From positions 9,856 through 73,855 of the IMG/VR virus record IMGVR_UViG_3300032322_002570: a stretch of DNA of 64,000 nucleotides, one strand, 5' to 3'. The translations under genes and the position numbers were made by a program. Of this stretch, positions 46,840-56,631 are shown in pieces. The DNA is from a virus. The first letter of the stretch is position 1, and each line of letters opens with the position of its first letter. Under the pieces are notes generated by a model, which saw only the letters and a list, made by a program, of their open reading frames with translations, was not told where the DNA came from and did no database searches.

Positions 46840-47854
46840 GCTCGTAAGGGCCCAGTGGCAGGTCGAGTCCGGTGGGGGCAAGTATCTTGCTGCGCGAAAC
46901 AATCTGTTTGGGCTCAAGAGTTCAACAGGAACTCCTGCGGAAACAACCGAGTACGAGAACGGCGTTCCGATTACAATCACAGACAATTTCAAGGAATTCG
47001 AGTCGCAGGAAGAGTGCATACGCTACCTGGTTGAAAAGTGGTATAAGGACTACAAGGGGTATAAGGGCGTTAATAATGCGGCAAGTGCAGAAGATGCAGC
47101 GAGGATGCTCCAGTCGGAAGGATATGCTACGGACCCAGACTATGCCAGCAAGCTGATCAAGGCAATGCCCGCTGCACAAACTCGCGCAAGCCTATACAAT
47201 GCCGTCCTGCACTTTGAAGGACTGCCGCATCAGATTGACGCGCTCAAAAAGCTTGACGCTTCGCTGACACCGCAACAAGCCGAGGAATTCACCAGGAATT
47301 GGCGCAAGCAGGTCAGACCAAAGTTTCCGCTGGCGGTGCCTTACTTCTACCAGTCAGACAGCAAGACGGGACAGGGCCAGCGGATGTGTCAGGCCAGCGC
47401 TATTGCATCCAGGGTGAAACGCATTGCTCCGGATATAATCAAGGACGACGACGACTATCTCAAGGTTGTCAATCGCTTCGGCGACACCGTGTCTCAGCAG
47501 GCGCACCAGGCGGCGCTTGCACATCTTGGGCTGAAGGCTGAATTCAGGACCAATGGCAGTGAAAAGCTTCTACTGAGCCTGCTGGACGATCTTGTAGACG
47601 TGCCCATCGGCGTACTGCACAAGGGGCATGTTTCCAATCCTGTCGGCGGCGGGCATTGGATCGACGTGATTGGCTACGACTCTAAGTACTTCCACGTGCA
47701 TGATCCATTCGGCGAGATGGACGTCGTGAATGGCGGTTATGTGAAGACAGGGCCAACTGACGGGAAGAACCAGCGCTACACGCGCAAGAACCTGTTGAAG
47801 CGCTGGTTGATCAGTTCAAATTCGGATGGCTGGTTGTGGATCATTCGCAAGTAA
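46781..47854 (+). CDS. endolysin: glucosaminidase (GH73) + C39-like cysteine peptidase
   Basis: AQWQVESG, NNLFGLK, GYATDPDY; VPYFYQ..C, GGGHW..IGY..HDPFG. Confidence 0.88.
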   Translation: MLTGDQVAELALKYGARWPELVRAQWQVESGGGKYLAARNNLFGLKSSTGTPAETTEYENGVPITITDNFKEFESQEECIRYLVEKWYKDYKGYKGVNNAASAEDAARMLQSEGYATDPDYASKLIKAMPAAQTRASLYNAVLHFEGLPHQIDALKKLDASLTPQQAEEFTRNWRKQVRPKFPLAVPYFYQSDSKTGQGQRMCQASAIASRVKRIAPDIIKDDDDYLKVVNRFGDTVSQQAHQAALAHLGLKAEFRTNGSEKLLLSLLDDLVDVPIGVLHKGHVSNPVGGGHWIDVIGYDSKYFHVHDPFGEMDVVNGGYVKTGPTDGKNQRYTRKNLLKRWLISSNSDGWLWIIRK

Positions 47855-48044
47855 TCCTGTGGTTTCTGCCTGGGTACATGTTTGACGGCCATAGGATCGT
47901 CAGCACTGGCGTAGCGCTGCCCGCGACTCAGCATATCAATCCCAAGACTGGACGCCTCATGTACTACGTCCGCCCTTTGTTCGAAGGTGGCGCCGGAGTC
48001 GGACTCTACGTCAGCCACGACGGTCTGGTGAAGGCCCTGGGCGG

Positions 48045-48563
48045 CTATACGGACGCCTCTTCGCCGCCGGACTCCTCATCCTCACCAGCGTCATAGGACA
48101 GACCTGGGATGCTCTCCACGACGCCGCGTAGGTAGGCGTGCACCCGGGCCGGCTCCCAGCCGTGCTGGTTTACCAGGACCATCCCGATCTGGTTCAGGGC
48201 CACCGTGTGGCCGACCGTCCAGAGGCGACGCTGGATGGCGTCGTCCCTGATAACGGAGGCCTGCTGGATCACGCCGAGTTCCGACAGGTCTTGGCTCTGC
48301 TCGGCAAGCAATCGCGAGTGTTCAGCCCTCTCTCGATCCAGGGCGAACATCAGCCACTTGGCAAACGCCTGGATGCCAGCAATTAGCGCACCGAAGAAGA
48401 GTGACGTGACTGCAGAGACCGCGCGATGCAGCATGATCAGCAGCAGGATCAACGACCCAAAGATCGATCCGACGGCCCTGAACAGAAAAGCTCTCAATTC
48501 AACAGCCTCCTGGCCTTCACAACGGCGGGATGATTGATGGTATCGTCGCCCTTGAGGGTGCAC
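48045..48563 (-). CDS. hypothetical membrane protein (start uncertain)
   Basis: Hydrophobic N-terminal half; downstream of helicase. Confidence 0.45.
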   Translation of the reverse strand: MHPQGRRYHQSSRRCEGQEAVELRAFLFRAVGSIFGSLILLLIMLHRAVSAVTSLFFGALIAGIQAFAKWLMFALDRERAEHSRLLAEQSQDLSELGVIQQASVIRDDAIQRRLWTVGHTVALNQIGMVLVNQHGWEPARVHAYLRGVVESIPGLSYDAGEDEESGGEEASV

Positions 48564-50278
48564 GTGTTGTAGTCGATCTGGATGATCGAACGGTCCACGC
48601 TTCCGCCTCTGACGGGTCTCATGGTAGGGTTCCCGCTGGCGTCGCTACCCCAGATTATCTGGCCCTCCCTGACCTTATCGTGCCAGATTTCTATCATGTT
48701 TTCGGACGGTTCTCCGCCCTGTACTGGGCGCTTCCTGCACAGCCAGACGCAGTGCGCATTATGCGCAAGCACGTCGGTGCCTCTGATCTGTGACTGCGTT
48801 GGTGGCGGTGGCTCTTGTCCTTTTGCCCAGTACGTGGCATCATCCAGCTTTTCCCTATTCATTTGGCAGGTCAGGATCAGGTCGACGGCTAATTCTTTGC
48901 AGACAGCGTCCAGGATCTCGGCGCGCTCTGACAGCATCGCCGTCTCGTCCCTCGGGGCGCCCTTGTGTCGCTTGATCGCATGGAAGTGGTCGATGACGAC
49001 CACACGCAGCTCTGGACGACGTGCCTTGATCACCCTGATCGACTGTGCTATGGCATGTGCGCACGGCTTCTGAGGCGCCTCCGTCAGAAGCCGGCCACCG
49101 GACGCCTTCATCTCTTCAGCCATCGCCATGAGTACCCTCTCGAGGCCGGGCTTCGGCAGCAGCCTGTGGTAGATCAGTTCGGTTGCATCCACGTAGCCAA
49201 TACCGTCAGAAGCGTTGGACCAGTGGACGCCGGAAACTCCAACCGTCTTCCTGACCAGCGATGCAAACAGGCGTGCCTCCGTCGCCTCTCTTTCGAGCTC
49301 GGCGGAGATGAAGGCGACCGTCGCGCCACCAAGGACGATCGATGTGGCAGCGTGCGAGGCCAGGGCCGTCTTGCCGACTGCGGGCCTAGCAGCCAGCAGC
49401 AGCATGCGATACTTGTGCTGCGCAGGGCCGTGCGGCATGACGCCTCCACCGCAGTCCAGGTCCATCGCGTAGACGCCAGTAGAGATGGGGCGCTGGGGTT
49501 TACGTTCTTTCATAATCGAATCGATCCAGTTATCGGCACCGTCGACCGGTTGGCCGACGATGGAGTCGATCGCGTCAACGAAGCGACCTTGGGAGCCGAT
49601 CGTGCCGCGAACAATCCCAAGGCACTCGGTTGAACGGTGCTGTAGAAACTCCAGCGCGTCCTCAAGTTTGGACTCGGCGCGAATGTTTTGCTTGGCGACG
49701 TGCAGCGTATCCAGGTACAGGGCCCTGACGCGAAAGCGCTTCAGCACGTCGAGCGCGGTGTCCCACTCGGTGTCCGGGTCGCCATAGGACTCCATCAGGG
49801 ATGGGTCTGCCAGTTCGTGGATGGCCTGGCTGAAGTCCGTGACAGGGACGATCCTGGAGGCCTCCTGGCGCATCGTGTACGCCACCGCCAGGGAGTCTCT
49901 GGAGATCACGCTGGTGTCCGACTGGCCGATGAAGACCATGTCTATCTCGTGGGCGATGGCTCTAAATCTTGCGTCGCTCCACAGGACGGGCGGTACTGAC
50001 TGGTCGAGCATCACGCCGAAGGCGGATCTAAGGGCAGCCCAGAGCTCACGGGCACGCGCCGAGGAGGACGCCAAGACGCGGGACAGGACGATCGCCTCCT
50101 GCGGCGTCGTGTCTTCGCGCTCCTGGACGCTGCTGGGTTGTAGCTTGTCGACAATCCTGGCAACCTCCATCGCCGACAGGTGGCCGCCGTCGGAGGTTGA
50201 TCTCAGGCCGTGTTCCGTCTGCTCCAGCAGCCCAAGCTCGATAGCCTTCTGGATGTAGTACGGAAGTTCTTCACTCAT
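48494..50278 (-). CDS. DnaB-like replicative helicase
   Basis: AARPAVGKT, ISAEL, VVIDHFH, CQMNR, QIRGT. Confidence 0.85.
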   Translation of the reverse strand: MSEELPYYIQKAIELGLLEQTEHGLRSTSDGGHLSAMEVARIVDKLQPSSVQEREDTTPQEAIVLSRVLASSSARARELWAALRSAFGVMLDQSVPPVLWSDARFRAIAHEIDMVFIGQSDTSVISRDSLAVAYTMRQEASRIVPVTDFSQAIHELADPSLMESYGDPDTEWDTALDVLKRFRVRALYLDTLHVAKQNIRAESKLEDALEFLQHRSTECLGIVRGTIGSQGRFVDAIDSIVGQPVDGADNWIDSIMKERKPQRPISTGVYAMDLDCGGGVMPHGPAQHKYRMLLLAARPAVGKTALASHAATSIVLGGATVAFISAELEREATEARLFASLVRKTVGVSGVHWSNASDGIGYVDATELIYHRLLPKPGLERVLMAMAEEMKASGGRLLTEAPQKPCAHAIAQSIRVIKARRPELRVVVIDHFHAIKRHKGAPRDETAMLSERAEILDAVCKELAVDLILTCQMNREKLDDATYWAKGQEPPPPTQSQIRGTDVLAHNAHCVWLCRKRPVQGGEPSENMIEIWHDKVREGQIIWGSDASGNPTMRPVRGGSVDRSIIQIDYNTCTLKGDDTINHPAVVKARRLLN

Positions 50279-51243
50279 CGCGCTCGTCCTCTTGCGTTGT
50301 CGTCGTCGTAGGCGGGAGCCGGAGGGTCAACTTCCGGGTTCAGCGTCGGGTCGGGCCAGGCACAGTTGGGGACCTGTGGGAAGCGGCGCCGGAGGCGTTG
50401 GGGGTCGAACCCGGCGTCCAGCACGGCCTGGCAAGCGTTGACGACGCGAAGCTTGTGGCCCTGTCTCACGGCACCGAGGTCGAACGCCTGAGCATAGGCG
50501 AACTGGGCTGCGATGTACTCACTGATCACGGGGCGCAGGTGGCCAGGGTAGACCGTGTGCTTCAGCCTTGGGGCGGCACGCTCTGGCTTCGAGCCCGAGG
50601 CGGCGCCCTTCTCGTACAGGCTCAAGACGTTGGCCCGCTTGCGGTCGGTCGGACGGTTCAGGCCTGTGATCGACGCCAGGGTCTTGTTGCTGTTCTGCTC
50701 AAGCCAGAACTCGGACGACTCGACGCCAACCGCTATCCCCTGGAAGAAACGCTCGTAGTCGTAGGGCTCCAGCCCAAGGTCGCTCATGTGACTGTTCACC
50801 GCTTTCGCCAGGCTATCCGGCACGACCCGGAGGCTCGAGTAGCCCAGGGGCTTCAGGCGGTTCCAGGCATCAGCAAGCTCCGCCTTCGGGTCCCTTCCGG
50901 AGGTCAGCAGTGGCGCCGACACAGCCAGGCTGCTCTCGAGGTTGAACCGCAGGAACTTAGCGGCCCTGGTGAGCGGCTGGAGCTCGATCCTGGTGGCGGA
51001 GATCATCCTGACCAGCCCCAGGTCTCTCAGGTCGCGCATGGCGGCCTGGCGTGAGTTCCGGTGCAGCCCAACCAGGGCGTCAAGCTCGGCGCCGCCATGA
51101 AGCTCGTCGGTCCCCAGCAGGATCAGCGAGATCAGTAGGAGCTTCGGGACAGGCCTGAGGTCCGGGCAGTAGGCGACCAGGCGCATGATCGCGTTGTCCG
51201 GTTCGTGGTGCCAGTCGACGGCGCGACAGACGCTGAAGGGCAT
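50275..51243 (-). CDS. putative replication initiator/helicase loader
   Basis: N-terminal wHTH-like segment; lies between the AT-rich tract and DnaB. Confidence 0.5.
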   Translation of the reverse strand: MPFSVCRAVDWHHEPDNAIMRLVAYCPDLRPVPKLLLISLILLGTDELHGGAELDALVGLHRNSRQAAMRDLRDLGLVRMISATRIELQPLTRAAKFLRFNLESSLAVSAPLLTSGRDPKAELADAWNRLKPLGYSSLRVVPDSLAKAVNSHMSDLGLEPYDYERFFQGIAVGVESSEFWLEQNSNKTLASITGLNRPTDRKRANVLSLYEKGAASGSKPERAAPRLKHTVYPGHLRPVISEYIAAQFAYAQAFDLGAVRQGHKLRVVNACQAVLDAGFDPQRLRRRFPQVPNCAWPDPTLNPEVDPPAPAYDDDNARGRAR

Positions 51244-51359
51244 GGGGGCTCGGCGAGGACTGAACCATAGCACCTAAACGCACCCTGGCGGTCGGCGGGT
51301 CGTCAGTGGGACGGTTTACAGGGTGTCTGCCGGGTCGTCAGAAAGAGGGGTGTGTCTTG

Positions 51360-51540
51360 GGACATTAAGAATGTATTCGGGAGAACTACTACCTAGAAGA
51401 ACTACTACCCTTAGATAACCTATAAGGGAACTATACACTTTTAGACAATAATACCCTATAACGCAGTAATATACTCTTCTTATCTTCTAATGTTTCTTAT
51501 ATCCTGAATACTACTAAGAACAACTGCACTTATGAAACCC
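51360..51540. other. AT-rich tract with direct repeats, candidate replication origin
   Basis: AGAACTACTACC twice (51382-51393, 51398-51409); adjacent to initiator and helicase genes. Confidence 0.5.
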
Positions 51541-51631
51541 TCGAAAAACGCATCAGAACCATTGCGCCGCAATGGGTTTACCCAGGTCGAAAAAGGGTCA
51601 GCAAATGTGCTGGAGCACATATTTTGTGCAG
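51430..51631. repeat. non-coding element copy B (inverted homologue of 3551-3750)
   Basis: See copy A; shared blocks include GAATACTACTAAGAAC, the TTGCGCCGCAA hairpin and the 31-bp core. Confidence 0.9.
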
Positions 51632-51700
51632 TTTTCACCTGGCTGCAATGGCTTTCTGGTGGCCAGTGTTCATCGCTATACCGTTTGGAGCCCGAAGCCC

Positions 51701-51952
51701 ATGATTGGTGAAGAGCAGTTCCGCGAGGACTACGAGGAGATTGGCCGCAGCCTGTGCGGCGCTTTCGAGGACAAGGCCATGACCTGGACTCAGATCTGCG
51801 ACATCACTGCCGCACTGGGACACCAGCCCGGGGACACTCAGCTCTGGCTGCGCTACTACCGCGCCGAGCAGAAGGGTGAGCCATTGCCATCGCTGAGCCG
51901 CAATCCGGAGAGGCGTCGGCGCCGCGCGCGCAAGAAAGCCGCCGGGTCGTGA
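51701..51952 (+). CDS. hypothetical protein
   Basis: MIGEEQFRE start, 83 aa. Confidence 0.55.
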   Translation: MIGEEQFREDYEEIGRSLCGAFEDKAMTWTQICDITAALGHQPGDTQLWLRYYRAEQKGEPLPSLSRNPERRRRRARKKAAGS

Positions 51953-51979
51953 TACATTGGGCGGGAGTGCGCTGCTGCC

Positions 51980-52705
51980 TTGGACCTGAAAACCGTCCTG
52001 ATCCTGGACACGGAAACGACTGGCCTGTCGCCGGAGGACTCACAGGTCATCGAGGTCGGCGCCATCCTGTTCGAGGTGCAGGACCATCGCTCCACGTTGG
52101 CTCAGGTCTCGTTCCTGCTGCCGTGCCTGAGCAACCCGGTCGAGAGCATCAACAAGATTCCGCAGGGCCTGACCCAGAAGGGGCTCATGGTCCAGGACAA
52201 GGCCCAGGCGCTGTTCCTCGAGATGGCTGAGCGCTGCGACGCCTACGTTGCGCACAACGCGGCCTTCGACCGGAAGTGGTTCGACATCGTCGGGGAGAAC
52301 AAGCAGCCTGACATCTACGCGCAAGTGTCGCTGCCAGACAGGCCCTGGATCTGTTCGATGGAGGACATCCCATGGCCGAAAGAACTCGGCTTGAAGCCCA
52401 GGCCCGGGCTGAAGGATGTCGCCCTGGCACACGAGGTCCCGGTATGGGCAGCACACCGGGCGCTGACCGACTGCATCTACCTGGCCCAGGTCTTCGAACG
52501 ACGCGGCGACGTCCGGGAGCTCCTCACACGGGCACTCGAGCCGAGGTTCCTGTACAAGGCCCTGGTGTCCTATGACGACCGTCAACTCGCCAAGGATGCT
52601 GGCTTCCAGTGGAACGAACCGGTGCCCAAGGCGTGGACGCGACGCTTGACAGAAGCCGAAGCCGCTGTGCTACCATTCCGTGTGCAACAGGTGGGGCGCA
52701 CCTGA
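51980..52705 (+). CDS. DEDDh 3'-5' exonuclease (Pol III epsilon-like)
   Basis: LDTETTGL, VAHNAAFD, HRALTD; C-terminal LAKDAGFQWN (cyanobacterial type). Confidence 0.9.
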   Translation: MDLKTVLILDTETTGLSPEDSQVIEVGAILFEVQDHRSTLAQVSFLLPCLSNPVESINKIPQGLTQKGLMVQDKAQALFLEMAERCDAYVAHNAAFDRKWFDIVGENKQPDIYAQVSLPDRPWICSMEDIPWPKELGLKPRPGLKDVALAHEVPVWAAHRALTDCIYLAQVFERRGDVRELLTRALEPRFLYKALVSYDDRQLAKDAGFQWNEPVPKAWTRRLTEAEAAVLPFRVQQVGRT

Positions 52706-52724
52706 TCCAGCCGCGAAAAATTCA

Positions 52725-53540
52725 ATGACGCTTTTCTCCCACGAACATGAAGACCCAGAGCCGCAGTACCTGGTAAAAGGCGTCGAGCGGCGACAGGGGG
52801 CTGACCCAGTCGCCACTAGTGCGCCCGTGCCGCCAGACGAACCTTATGGACGAGAGGCTTCCATGATATTTATGCAAAAGATAAAAATCAATGCCGCCAC
52901 CCCCAGCGCACCCGTGCCGCCGGATGAGTTGATTGACCAGTGGGAACAAGAATACGCATGCCTGCCGTATTCACCAGATTTCCCATGCAGTACTTCCCAT
53001 AAATACATCGCCAAGAAAACTGCCGACTGGGGCTATCAACAAGCCCTACCCGAGCGGCAGGAGTTGACGGAACTGCTGACAAACCTTGTGCAATCACTGG
53101 ATGATCTGATCACCAGCTCGGACGGTGTAGCCGGACTGCACTTAAACGGCAACATCGCTCACTGGGAAAGCCTGCTTGAAGGTGGCAGGTTTGAGGGCTG
53201 GTTACTCGCCTTGTACCAAGCCCGCGCTTGGGCCGAGCGACTCGTGGAAAGTCAAGAAACCCTGCCCACGCGGGAGAATTTGAATTGGGACAAGCTCAAC
53301 GATCCTGATGCGTTTAATAAGCTGCCCGCAAAGCAACTTGGGCCACATAACTCAGTTGTTAGAGATCCGCTTGAGATTGAAGTTTACTGCGGAAAGGCTC
53401 ATGTGTTTTTCGAAGATCACACAATCGAGGACATTGTGAGATACGCAATTAAATGTGGTGGAATTGATGATGTTGAGTATATGGTTCGTGAAGCCCGCGC
53501 TTGGGTTGAGCGGCTCAGTGGAGGTGGTAGCGATGGCTGA
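52725..53540 (+). CDS. mosaic hypothetical protein
   Basis: Internal repeats SAPVPPDE x2 and ARAW.ERL x2; SSDGVAGLHLNG..A.W. Confidence 0.6.
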   Translation: MTLFSHEHEDPEPQYLVKGVERRQGADPVATSAPVPPDEPYGREASMIFMQKIKINAATPSAPVPPDELIDQWEQEYACLPYSPDFPCSTSHKYIAKKTADWGYQQALPERQELTELLTNLVQSLDDLITSSDGVAGLHLNGNIAHWESLLEGGRFEGWLLALYQARAWAERLVESQETLPTRENLNWDKLNDPDAFNKLPAKQLGPHNSVVRDPLEIEVYCGKAHVFFEDHTIEDIVRYAIKCGGIDDVEYMVREARAWVERLSGGGSDG

Positions 53541-53766
53541 CCGCAAACCTTTGTGGGAGGTGATGCACGACGCTTTTTTAAGCGTAGGCCTAACTGGCGA
53601 GAAGGGACGCAAGGGATTTGCCGCCGAACTCCGCGCCATTGCGGACGAGGCGGTGCCGGAACATCTCTGTCAGGCAGACGACTCATGGGACGCGGCTGCC
53701 ATTGCATACGGTGTAGTCCGTGATCGCCTGTTGGCTGCTGCTGATGAAGCGGAGTGGCGACCTTGA
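53533..53766 (+). CDS. hypothetical cyanophage-type protein
   Basis: PLWEVM, AAELRAIAD. Confidence 0.6.
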   Translation: MADRKPLWEVMHDAFLSVGLTGEKGRKGFAAELRAIADEAVPEHLCQADDSWDAAAIAYGVVRDRLLAAADEAEWRP

Positions 53767-53781
53767 ACGCCTGCCGCAATC

Positions 53782-53790
53782 TGCTACAAT
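53782..53790 (+). promoter_or_regulatory. extended -10 promoter TGCTACAAT (representative)
   Basis: TGCTAnnnT recurs upstream of several early/middle genes. Confidence 0.55.
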
Positions 53791-53819
53791 AAAGCCCATA
53801 CCAAGGACAAACCCCACCA

Positions 53820-54080
53820 ATGGACGTTGCTAAAGGATGGATCGGGAAGAAGGTGCGGTCAAGCGATGGCCGCACTGGGAGCATCACGAAGGCGGTGCAG
53901 GTAATGTGGACGCTGGACCTGTACATCACAGCGGACGACGGATCCACCGCTAAGACGACACTGAATGCCAGGGGCGGCGACTTTGGCGATCATTCTTGGC
54001 AGTGGTACTGCCCTGAGTTCTCTCATGGCCCTGCGTGGTTGCCATTGACGGATCAGTCACCAGACGTGGAGTACGAGTGA
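53820..54080 (+). CDS. hypothetical protein
   Basis: 86 aa, after TGCTACAAT. Confidence 0.6.
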   Translation: MDVAKGWIGKKVRSSDGRTGSITKAVQVMWTLDLYITADDGSTAKTTLNARGGDFGDHSWQWYCPEFSHGPAWLPLTDQSPDVEYE

Positions 54081-54388
54081 TGCAGCACGCAATCGTTCGA
54101 GCCCACAAGGGCTCATCCGCCGGCAGGCTTGCCGCCCCGCCAGGACGCATCAGGAGAATCGTCGAGTCGGCCAAGCGGTACGGCAGGACGGTCCAATACT
54201 GGCGCTGCCGCTACAGCGAGAAGGTTGGCGGCTACCTCTATGAGGTCGTCCTGGCGAAGCGGCGATCAGGCTCGCGCAGCGGTCCGCTGATGGCGTATCG
54301 CGGCTACACCTTCTTCGACCTGTGGCCCGAGCAGCGTGCTATGTTCAAGCGTCTCGGGCTTGAGCCCGGCGTCCAACCTTTCGATTGA
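54080..54388 (+). CDS. hypothetical protein
   Basis: TGATG-coupled ORF. Confidence 0.5.
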   Translation: MQHAIVRAHKGSSAGRLAAPPGRIRRIVESAKRYGRTVQYWRCRYSEKVGGYLYEVVLAKRRSGSRSGPLMAYRGYTFFDLWPEQRAMFKRLGLEPGVQPFD

Positions 54389-54391
54389 GCC

Positions 54392-54880
54392 ATGGGAACC
54401 AACTACTACCTGATCACCAAGGGCGGCAACCCCTGTCCCACGTGCGGGCACGTCGACCCTCCGCCGAGGAAGCTTCACATCGGGAAGTCCAGCATGGGCT
54501 GGTGCTTCAGCATGCAAGCCGACCCGCTCCAGCAGTGGCGCTACCACCGGGACCCCTCTAAACTATGGGGGCTGACGACCTGGAGGGCCATGTTTGATGG
54601 CGAAGGCCGCCGGATCGAGGACGAGTATGGCACTCCGATCTCTCCGGAAGAGATGGTTGCGATCATCACCGACCGCGAAAGCCGTAGCGACGAGCCGTGG
54701 AAGGACGGGTGGTGGGTGAGCCCATTCCTGTCAAACGCATACTCTTGCGAGGAGGACTTCCATCGCCGCAGCTACTCCGAGCGAGGTCCCAACGGATTGC
54801 TGCGTCACAGGATCGACGGGGAGCACTGCGCTGGGCACGGTGATGGCACCTGGGACCTGATCGTCGGCGAGTTCTCGTAG
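54392..54880 (+). CDS. conserved phage hypothetical protein
   Basis: MGTNYY, CPTCG, LHIGKSS.GWCF, I.DEYG, GEFS. Confidence 0.75.
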   Translation: MGTNYYLITKGGNPCPTCGHVDPPPRKLHIGKSSMGWCFSMQADPLQQWRYHRDPSKLWGLTTWRAMFDGEGRRIEDEYGTPISPEEMVAIITDRESRSDEPWKDGWWVSPFLSNAYSCEEDFHRRSYSERGPNGLLRHRIDGEHCAGHGDGTWDLIVGEFS

Positions 54881-54925
54881 CGGCCTGTCGCGTGCTATAC
54901 TGTGTGCAACGACAGTTCGCGTTCA

Positions 54926-55618
54926 ATGTCCGAAGTCACAGAACAGGCTCCACTGTTGCCCAATCTGATCGGGAAGGTCGAGAAGGAGCGGATCGAGACT
55001 ATCGGGACGGGCAAGTATCAGGCCGCTTACCTGAACTGGGCCCGAACCTTCAATATCCTCCGCGAGCACTCGCCCGACTGGCTGGTGGAGTGCGAGCCCG
55101 CTCCCGATGGGACTCTTGTCCACCGGGCGCCGGTCGGCGGCTACCTGATGCTGCGGCTTCGGAATATCCGGACCGGCCTGGTGACGCCCTCGGTGCCACA
55201 GGCGGTGATGGACAACCGCAACGCGTCCATCCCCTACGAGAAGATCACTAGTCGCGACATCACTGATACGCAGCGCCGTGGTGGCTGCCTGCTACTCGCG
55301 CAGCAGACTGGCCTCGCGTCCGAGTTATGGGCAAAGGATCCGCTGGAGTCCGGCTACTCCCAGAACGGCGACAGCGAGCGAGTCCCCGTTGAGGCGCCGG
55401 TGAAGAGTGCCCCTGCTGCCGTGAAGGCAACGGAAGAGGCGTTCCGCGAGGCGGCGAAGCAGAAGGGACTGAATGATGGCGCCATCAAAACCCTGGTGGA
55501 GAAGATCAAGGCCACACAAAAGCAGGACTTTGGCAGCGCAATCAACATGCTGAGCAAGCGTGATTCCGCCTGGGTAGGGGAACAGAATGCCGCTTCTCCA
55601 GCCAAGGAGGGAAAGTGA
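54926..55618 (+). CDS. Sak/DUF1071-like single-strand annealing protein
   Basis: YLNWA, AVMDNRN..I, DITDTQRR, GL...LW. Confidence 0.65.
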   Translation: MSEVTEQAPLLPNLIGKVEKERIETIGTGKYQAAYLNWARTFNILREHSPDWLVECEPAPDGTLVHRAPVGGYLMLRLRNIRTGLVTPSVPQAVMDNRNASIPYEKITSRDITDTQRRGGCLLLAQQTGLASELWAKDPLESGYSQNGDSERVPVEAPVKSAPAAVKATEEAFREAAKQKGLNDGAIKTLVEKIKATQKQDFGSAINMLSKRDSAWVGEQNAASPAKEGK

Positions 55619-55745
55619 GGGTGGCCGGGTCAAGCATGCCGAACATCGGCCCGGTCACAAACACAGATCAGGTCCTTGAGATGATTGACGTCGGCGCTAG
55701 GTCGATCGCGCGGTTCTTCAGTGGTGAAATTATCCAGGACTACGT

Positions 55746-56612
55746 GTGGCAGGAAGAAAATTGAAGGAAGCTGTCGCAACAACAGACTCTGTTCACCACT
55801 GGATGGAGGGGGCCGCCAGCGTTCGAGTTCTGGGGGCCGACGAGGTCATTGCCATCACCAGAAAGATCCAAGCGCTGCCGGAAGACAGCGCAGCCCGCAA
55901 GCGGCTTGTCAACAAGCTAGTGAGGCACAACCTGAGGTTGGCCGTCCGGTTTGTCAAGAACTTTATGGGCTGCACCCGCAGTGGATGGGACGGCGCTGAC
56001 ACTCTCGACTACCTCCAGGTAGCCGCCATGGGGCTTGTCCGGGCGGCGGAAAAGTTTGACCCCGCTCGCGGCTACACATTCTCGACCTATTCGCTGCACT
56101 GGATGCGAAGCTATGTCTCAAGGTACCACATAAAAAATCGCACGCCGATCTATGTGCCGGAGTACGCATCCAGGGCTGCTCAGTTCTATAAGCGCAATGG
56201 CTACCTGACCAAGAAGTCCGGCAGACCCGTGAGCGACGAGGACGCAGCAGAGCTCGTCAGACAGACCGAACTCGCGATCGGCTGGGTTTCACTTGACCAG
56301 CCGGCCGGCGAGGAGGAGTACAGCGGACGGACGGGCTGCGCCAGTATAGCGGACACCATCGAAGATGAAGCACCGCTGCCGGATCCAGCAATCACGTATG
56401 ACACTATGCTGCAGGGCCTCAGGGAAGCTGGTCTTAGCGAGCAGGCGGTAGCGCTGATGGTCGGCCTGTTCGTCGAGAACAAGACCGGCGCAGAGATGGC
56501 AAGGGAGCTTGGGCTGTCGTACCAGAAGGTGAAGAAGCTCAAGGCTGACTCGATCGAACGGGCCCGAAAGAACCAGAAAGCATTTGAGCCGCTTATACTG
56601 GTAATGCAATAG
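55746..56612 (+). CDS. RNA polymerase sigma-70 family factor (RpoD/group 2-like)
   Basis: LVRHNLRLAV, GLVRAAEKFDPARGYTFSTYSLHWMR, SLDQP, C-terminal HTH. Confidence 0.9.
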   Translation: MAGRKLKEAVATTDSVHHWMEGAASVRVLGADEVIAITRKIQALPEDSAARKRLVNKLVRHNLRLAVRFVKNFMGCTRSGWDGADTLDYLQVAAMGLVRAAEKFDPARGYTFSTYSLHWMRSYVSRYHIKNRTPIYVPEYASRAAQFYKRNGYLTKKSGRPVSDEDAAELVRQTELAIGWVSLDQPAGEEEYSGRTGCASIADTIEDEAPLPDPAITYDTMLQGLREAGLSEQAVALMVGLFVENKTGAEMARELGLSYQKVKKLKADSIERARKNQKAFEPLILVMQ

Positions 56613-56631
56613 CCCTAGAGGGTCACGCTAC

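Noticed and set aside
48965-51054. Long + strand ORFs opposite the helicase and initiator
   Set aside because: GC-rich antisense shadows without motifs
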